Assembly (NCBI GenBank): GCA_022447095.1
Contig: JAKUUP010000001.1
Span: 8,934-72,933 of the forward strand
DNA from: Candidatus Thalassarchaeum betae
Lineage (GTDB): Archaea; Thermoplasmatota; Poseidoniia; Poseidoniales; Thalassarchaeaceae
DNA length: 64,000 nt
Direction of reading: 5' to 3'
In this document: positions 59,302 to 64,000 of the stretch, piece after piece
How positions within the stretch are numbered: position 1 is the stretch's first letter
Layout of the letters: the number at the start of each line of letters is the position of its first letter
The notes under the pieces: generated by a model
Database searches by the model: none
Told to the model about the DNA's origin: nothing
Seen by the model: the letters and a program-made list of their open reading frames with translations, nothing else
Program-made: the position numbers and the translations under genes

Positions 59302-60252
59302 TCACTCTGGCACTAGTTGGAAGAATCCAAAGCGGGGCTCCATCACCTCGCCCTGAGTACGAGCGTCATCCAAGGCATCCTCGGCGGACTCGCGCGAGTG
59401 CCCGGTTTGGACGAGCGCCTCGACGATATTGCCGTACTCGACGCCTTCGCCTGCGTCCTGTGAACGAATGGTCTCAATGACTAGAGTGAGTGCGTCGCCG
59501 AGTGGCTCGGACGGCGTCAGTGGCTCCCCCTGTGCTTGAGAGGTCGTCGCATCTAGGGTCGGAGTGGGCGCTGCCGGCTGTGGCTCCTCCATGACGCTGG
59601 TTCTGCCTATCGCCATCGAGAGCGCTTGCAGAACCCCGACCCGGTAGTTCTCCAGGTCGAGTTCGCCATAGTGCCCTCGGGCGAGAATCAGGCCGTCGAC
59701 GAGGTCACTCGGCACGCCAGCTGCCTCAAGTGCTGCAGGAGTCAACTCGCTCTCCAGCGAAGCTGAATACGCGTCGATGCGTCGCAGAGTCGCCTCGGCT
59801 GTCTCAACCAACCAGCTAGTGTAGCACTCCTTGTCTATGACAGTGAACTCCTCAGCACGCAACGAGGTGAAGACTCCACCGTCTTCGGACTCGAACCATC
59901 GGGCCTTGCCTACCAAGGCCAGTAGGAACCTGTCACCGGACTCGAAGCGGGCCAACAACTCCTCGAAGTCCGGATGCAATTCGGGTTGGAATGGCGCGAC
60001 GCCGAACATGTGGCTTCCAGTCGGGTCTCTAATATGCCCTGAGTAGCTAGGGCCACTCTCACCTTCTCGGCGTTCCATCCTGTCGATGACTCCGCATACG
60101 AGCGCGCGATTGATCTTGGCGCCCAGTTTGGTGATAACAAACGACGGGTCGTACTCGCCGGAGCCCTCCTCAGGCAGTGAAGCCTCCTGGTACTCCTGAG
60201 CGAACATGCGCACAGCGCTCTGGCGGGAAAATCGACGTGTCGGCTCTTGCAT
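59302..60252 (-). CDS. rpap: RPA-associated protein (COG3390-like OB-fold protein)
   Basis: …RQSAVRMFAQEYQEA…PSFVITKLGAKINRALVCGVI…HIRDPTGSHMFGVAPFQPE… The start overlaps the RPA stop by 1 nt. Confidence 0.6.
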   Translation of the reverse strand: MQEPTRRFSRQSAVRMFAQEYQEASLPEEGSGEYDPSFVITKLGAKINRALVCGVIDRMERREGESGPSYSGHIRDPTGSHMFGVAPFQPELHPDFEELLARFESGDRFLLALVGKARWFESEDGGVFTSLRAEEFTVIDKECYTSWLVETAEATLRRIDAYSASLESELTPAALEAAGVPSDLVDGLILARGHYGELDLENYRVGVLQALSMAIGRTSVMEEPQPAAPTPTLDATTSQAQGEPLTPSEPLGDALTLVIETIRSQDAGEGVEYGNIVEALVQTGHSRESAEDALDDARTQGEVMEPRFGFFQLVPE

Positions 60253-61940
60253 CAAAGTACCACCTCCCAACGCTGCATTACCTCATTGGCGGCGTCGACT
60301 GATGTGGTCTCGTCTTGCTCTACCTCATCGGCGAGCAGCATGGCACCCTGTTCATCGATGATCGAGCGCCCTCTGACGCTCAGTCTGCGCGCGAGCACGC
60401 GTTCGCGTAGGAAAGCGGCGAATCCGTCTTGGCCCTCCTTTTCCAACTGCTCCTTAACAGCCTCCTGATCCATCCCGAGGAAGGTTTCCGAAGGATCCTT
60501 TGCCAACAAGAGCGATGCATTGGAAACGCCGTCGTCGATGACGAATCTGAGTCTGAGGTCCTCGACTCCACGTTGGGGGCCATGATCGATGCAGGCACCT
60601 TCCCTAAGGACGCGTCTGCATTCAGGACATCGCTCAATGATGCCAGAGTCTCTGCGTACGGCCACGATGGTGCCATTGGTGCGAATGCCTCTGCGCGAGC
60701 CACTGGTGACCACATCCGTCAGGTCGGCTTCGATCCAGTGCTGCTCGGGGTCTATTGAGTCCCAAGGCGGGTCGGACAGGTCAGTCACCTGTGCGGCATC
60801 GTCCACGACGAGATCTGGGGAACCCTGCCAATACTGCACGCGGGAGCCGGTCAGATGCAGGAAGTCTCCCTGCTTGGGATCAACCTCGCACCAAGCAGTG
60901 AGTCGACAGCGGCCACTGGGATCAATGACGTCACCGCTGCGGACGACTCGCTCGGTACCGTCTTCAGAGGTGAATGAGCGTTGGTCCCATGATTCAACTT
61001 GAACTGTGATTTCGATGTCGCGCATTCCGTTGCGCAACTCAGCGATACTGACTTTGTTAGATTGTGAGAGGTCATCCATACTGGCGAATGCCGTGTCGTG
61101 GTAAACCTCTATCCTAGTTCTGTCTCCGATGTTGATTTCCGGGGTCTCACGGAACTTCCTAACGGATGCGCCATCTATCTTGAGCAGGGCCCCCGGCTCG
61201 TGCTCGAGAGGTACCCATGACAGGAAGCCGATGCTACCGCTGGAGTCGGCCAGCCTACCGCGGACGACATCTAACTGACCGCTGCCGTCACGCTTCACGA
61301 TGACATCGGGCTTGGACGAAATCAGGCGCGCGACGAGATTCACATAGCCCTCGTTCTCCGAGGCTTTCTCTATGGTGACGGGTTCGTCACTGATCTGCGT
61401 CACTGGAGCGCCGCCCTCGCGGAGAACGGTCACCCGAGTAGTGCGGTTGATGTTTATCGAGCGTTTGTCATTCCACTCGTTGACCGATGCGCCCTCGAGT
61501 CGCACAACCGAGCCTGGGGCGAGATTCTCGCTCTGCTCGCCCCAGTCCTTGTAGTCCCAGCGCTCGCGTTGGTCGCTGTTCTCCCAGGGATTGTCCTCAA
61601 TCCAGCCGAATGCGACCTGTCGTTCCTCACCTCTCACCATCTGAATGCGTGGCGAGTAGGAGATGACTGCGACTTCGATTGTCACGTTGCGATCGTCGGC
61701 ACCGAGCTCGGAAAAGCGATTGACTTTCATCTCGGCCCTAACTGGCGAGGCCAGTTTAGTGACCTCCATCCCGGAGGCAGTCTGGAATTTGCGGACAACT
61801 GAACGCAGAGCGTCCTCAGGGGGTATCAGGAACTCTTCCTCATAACGTCTGAACTCTTCTTCTATCTCGCTGTCGTCCGCATCGGGACATTCTTGTTTCA
61901 CCACAGTGACCTGTGCTTTGTACCTTCCATCTTCTGTCAT
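60252..61940 (-). CDS. rpa: Replication protein A (multi-OB-fold ssDNA-binding protein with zinc finger)
   Basis: Several OB-fold-like segments (…VTIEVAVISY…RQVAFGWIED…; …IEITVQVESW…) and CPECRRVLREGACIDHG. Confidence 0.8.
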   Translation of the reverse strand: MTEDGRYKAQVTVVKQECPDADDSEIEEEFRRYEEEFLIPPEDALRSVVRKFQTASGMEVTKLASPVRAEMKVNRFSELGADDRNVTIEVAVISYSPRIQMVRGEERQVAFGWIEDNPWENSDQRERWDYKDWGEQSENLAPGSVVRLEGASVNEWNDKRSININRTTRVTVLREGGAPVTQISDEPVTIEKASENEGYVNLVARLISSKPDVIVKRDGSGQLDVVRGRLADSSGSIGFLSWVPLEHEPGALLKIDGASVRKFRETPEINIGDRTRIEVYHDTAFASMDDLSQSNKVSIAELRNGMRDIEITVQVESWDQRSFTSEDGTERVVRSGDVIDPSGRCRLTAWCEVDPKQGDFLHLTGSRVQYWQGSPDLVVDDAAQVTDLSDPPWDSIDPEQHWIEADLTDVVTSGSRRGIRTNGTIVAVRRDSGIIERCPECRRVLREGACIDHGPQRGVEDLRLRFVIDDGVSNASLLLAKDPSETFLGMDQEAVKEQLEKEGQDGFAAFLRERVLARRLSVRGRSIIDEQGAMLLADEVEQDETTSVDAANEVMQRWEVVL

Positions 61941-62178
61941 GTGCTCACCTGCGTCAGTGAATGAGAACTGAGCCTACATAAACCACTGGTGCGGGAGCCT
62001 CCGAAGAAGCGTCTGGCAACGACGTTGGGGCAACGTTAGTTCGTGCGTGTTGGGGTAGACTCAGCACTTCATCGCCTCCGGGACTCCAAGTTTCACTCGG
62101 CGGTCTTTGAAGATGTGCATTCATTTACACACTGAGTGAGTGACTGCGTTTATTCAGAGTACCTCTTGTCGGACCACG

Positions 62179-62730
62179 ATGGCAGCCGGTGAATTGTGCA
62201 GATTCGGAGTACTGACAGCCTCTGACAGAGCCAGTGCAGGAGACTACGAGGATCTCAGCGGACCTGCTATCGAGCAGTTCCTTGACGAGGCGGTGACCTC
62301 CCCGTGGGAGGTGGTTCGTCGACTCGTTTCCGACGAGCAGTCTCTCATCGAGGCGGCGCTGGTAGAGCTGGTCGACGTCGAAGGCTGCTCGATGGTAGTG
62401 ACCACCGGTGGAACTGGGCCTGCACCCCGGGATGTGACACCGGAGGCCACCGAGACGGTGTGCGAGAAGATGCTGCCGGGTTTCGGCGAGCAAATGAGGT
62501 CGATATCTCTGCGTCACGTCCCTACCGCTGTGCTATCGCGGCAGACTGCGGGCATCCGAGGCTCCGCACTTATCCTCAATCTGCCCGGCTCTCCCCGCTC
62601 GATCCGCGAGATACTGGACGAGGTTTTTGCCGCTGTTCCCTACTGCATCGACCTCGTCGGAGGACCTTACATCACGACTGATTCGGCAGTGGTTGACGCC
62701 TTTCGGCCACCACACGCCCGACGCGAATGA
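62179..62730 (+). CDS. mog: Molybdopterin adenylyltransferase-type MoCF biosynthesis protein (Mog/MoaB family)
   Basis: FGVLTASDRAS, VVTTGGTGPAPRDVTPEAT, LNLPGSPRS. The ATG at 62179 is preferred over the GTG at 62140. Confidence 0.75.
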   Translation: MAAGELCRFGVLTASDRASAGDYEDLSGPAIEQFLDEAVTSPWEVVRRLVSDEQSLIEAALVELVDVEGCSMVVTTGGTGPAPRDVTPEATETVCEKMLPGFGEQMRSISLRHVPTAVLSRQTAGIRGSALILNLPGSPRSIREILDEVFAAVPYCIDLVGGPYITTDSAVVDAFRPPHARRE

Positions 62731-63587
62731 TTCATGCGGGAATCGCCGCTCGCAGCGCCATGGCGAAGATGAAGTCGGGCGAAACAGGCAGTGACCGAGG
62801 TGCGGACGAACTCAGGGGCATCGAGGTCACGCTCGATTACACTCCCAATGCACTTGCCTCACTGATGTTCCGCCAAGGCGATACTATGGTCCTTGCCTGC
62901 GCGACGAAAGCCGCTGGTCTACCGCGCTGGTTCCCAAGGAATGCGGAGCGCGGTTGGGTCCACGCTGAGTACGCGCTCCTGCCTGGTTCCACAGACAGCA
63001 GATTTCGGCGCGAGCGCAACGGCGCCAAGGGACGGACCCAAGAGATCGAGCGGTTGGTCGCCCGCTCGCTGCGCGGTGCGGTCGATCTCGATGAACTCGG
63101 TCCAATCGCGCTTACAGTAGACTGCGACGTGCTGAACGCCGACGGAGGGACTAGGTGTGCTTCTGTTACTGCAGCCTCAATCGCCCTCAGACTGGCAATC
63201 CGTCGACTGATAGCATCTGGCGAGTGCCTACCGAAGGAGTTGCGCCCCTCCAGAGAGGATATCCGCAACGGAGTGGAGCCGCCAACACTCAGCACTAAGG
63301 AGAGGGCTGCTCACGAGGCCGCGGTGATGCCAAACGATGTCGGTGCACTCAGCGTCGGGATGGTCGACGGCGAAGTCAGGACTGACCTCGACTACATTCT
63401 GGACAGTAATGCCGATGTCGACATGAACGTAGTGATGACCAGTGACGGCGGCTTCGTAGAGGTCCAGGGCACCGGCGAAGAGGCGACATACACACGTGAG
63501 GAACTCGATGCCTTGATTGATTCCGCGACAGTGGGGATCGCTAAACTCCATGCCCTCCAAGCCGGCGTCCTAGAAACTGCAAACTGA
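62727..63587 (+). CDS. rph: Ribonuclease PH (bacterial-type) with an internal insertion
   Basis: ELRGIEVTLDY…GDTMVLACA, GWVHAEYALLPGST, GRTQEIERLVARSLRGAVDL, DCDVLNADGGTR. ATGA overlap with mog. Confidence 0.85.
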   Translation: MIHAGIAARSAMAKMKSGETGSDRGADELRGIEVTLDYTPNALASLMFRQGDTMVLACATKAAGLPRWFPRNAERGWVHAEYALLPGSTDSRFRRERNGAKGRTQEIERLVARSLRGAVDLDELGPIALTVDCDVLNADGGTRCASVTAASIALRLAIRRLIASGECLPKELRPSREDIRNGVEPPTLSTKERAAHEAAVMPNDVGALSVGMVDGEVRTDLDYILDSNADVDMNVVMTSDGGFVEVQGTGEEATYTREELDALIDSATVGIAKLHALQAGVLETAN

Positions 63588-63600
63588 ATCAACAGTGCTA

Positions 63601-63617
63601 CTGCGAACAGTACGCAG
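63601..63617. terminator. Hairpin CTGCG-AACAGTA-CGCAG between convergent rph and tRNA-Phe
   Basis: 5-bp stem and 7-nt loop. Possible bidirectional 3' end element. Confidence 0.25.
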
Positions 63618-63621
63618 AGAG

Positions 63622-63697
63622 TGGTGGGACTGGCCGGACTTGAACCAGCGGCCTCCGCATCTTCAGTGCGGCGCTCTCCCAGCTGAGCTACAGTCCC
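63622..63697 (-). tRNA. tRNA-Phe (anticodon GAA), CCA encoded
   Basis: The reverse complement reads GGGACTG-TA-GCTC-AGCTGGGA-GAGC-G-CCGCA-CTGAAGA-TGCGG-AGGCC-GCTGG-TTCAAGT-CCGGC-CAGTCCC-A-CCA. Confidence 0.9.
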
Positions 63698-63750
63698 GTA
63701 GCAACCTCGCCACTATGATTCTGACTTCAAGCCTTCCGAGCGTGGAATCG

Positions 63751-64000
63751 CTAGAAAATGTCGTCTTTGTCCTCATCCTTGTCGAATGACATCATCTTGC
63801 CCTTGGCCTTGGCCTTGGCTGCCGGTTTCTTCGCCTTCTTGGCAGGCTTGTCCGATTTGGGCTTCCCGGCTTCTCCGTCCGAGCCGGCCTTGCGCGCCTC
63901 GGCAGCCTCCTTCTCGAGCATCTCGAGTTCCTCTGGTGACATTCCCGCTTCCATCGCGAGTTTGATGCGGCGCTCGTCGCGAGCTTGTATCTCGAGGAGT
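63751..64000 (-). CDS. C-terminal part of an unidentified protein with a Lys/Ala-rich basic tail (frame open to the window edge)
   Basis: The frame stays open upstream of the listed Met (…LLEIQARDERRIKLAMEAGMSPEELE…). The tail is …GKPKSDKPAKKAKKPAAKAKAKGK…DEDKDDIF. Confidence 0.35.
   Translation of the reverse strand, partial: LLEIQARDERRIKLAMEAGMSPEELEMLEKEAAEARKAGSDGEAGKPKSDKPAKKAKKPAAKAKAKGKMMSFDKDEDKDDIF

Overview
Densely packed archaeal chromosomal window with about 53 protein genes and 2 tRNAs. I saw no rRNA, CRISPR array, transposase or integrase. All calls come from reading the supplied translations and DNA by eye, and no database search was run.

Housekeeping content:
- A-type ATP synthase operon atpH-I-K-E-C-F-A-B-D (minus strand, 45.3-54.1 kb).
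- smc-scpA-scpB (minus strand, 36.2-41.7 kb).
- gyrB-gyrA, sufC-B-D with a divergent NifU-like gene, and orc1/cdc6.
- Ribosomal L10e and S6e, aIF2-gamma and dph2.
- RPA plus RPA-associated protein.
- GGPP synthase plus geranylgeranyl reductase, and HMG-CoA reductase.
- aroD, aroA, panE, mog, RNase PH, tRNA-Ser(GCU) and tRNA-Phe(GAA).

Archaeal information-processing genes sit alongside bacterial-type gyrase, RNase PH and Suf genes and giant membrane-anchored secreted peptidases. That mix suggests a moderately GC-rich euryarchaeote of the Thermoplasmatota / marine group II-III type. This is an inference from gene content only.

Most interesting observations:
1. A 585-aa Orc1/Cdc6-like AAA+ protein has a Lys-to-Arg Walker A, a roughly 270-aa acidic/proline-rich linker and a C-terminal winged helix. 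It lies divergent from the largest and most AT-rich intergenic spacer, which carries an array of TTAACG-core repeats. This is a candidate origin or initiator-like module, or a dedicated regulator.
2. aIF2-gamma has conserved N-terminal residues (RQPEVNIG) upstream of its first in-frame start codon. The only upstream ATG is one frame off across a C5 run.
3. A site-2-protease (M50)-like membrane core lacks HExxH and is fused to a roughly 450-aa extracytoplasmic domain. Its stop overlaps the panE start.
4. A thymidylate-kinase-like protein with a roughly 240-aa unknown C-terminal domain is co-operonic with a secreted glutaminyl cyclase and a membrane protein. This operon is divergent from a PKD-rich gluzincin.
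5. Three palindromes lie in the gyrB leader.
6. GC-rich hairpins with 3-nt loops recur directly after stop codons.

Coordinates of non-coding motifs were counted by eye and cross-checked against the ORF track. Treat them as accurate to about +/-2 nt.
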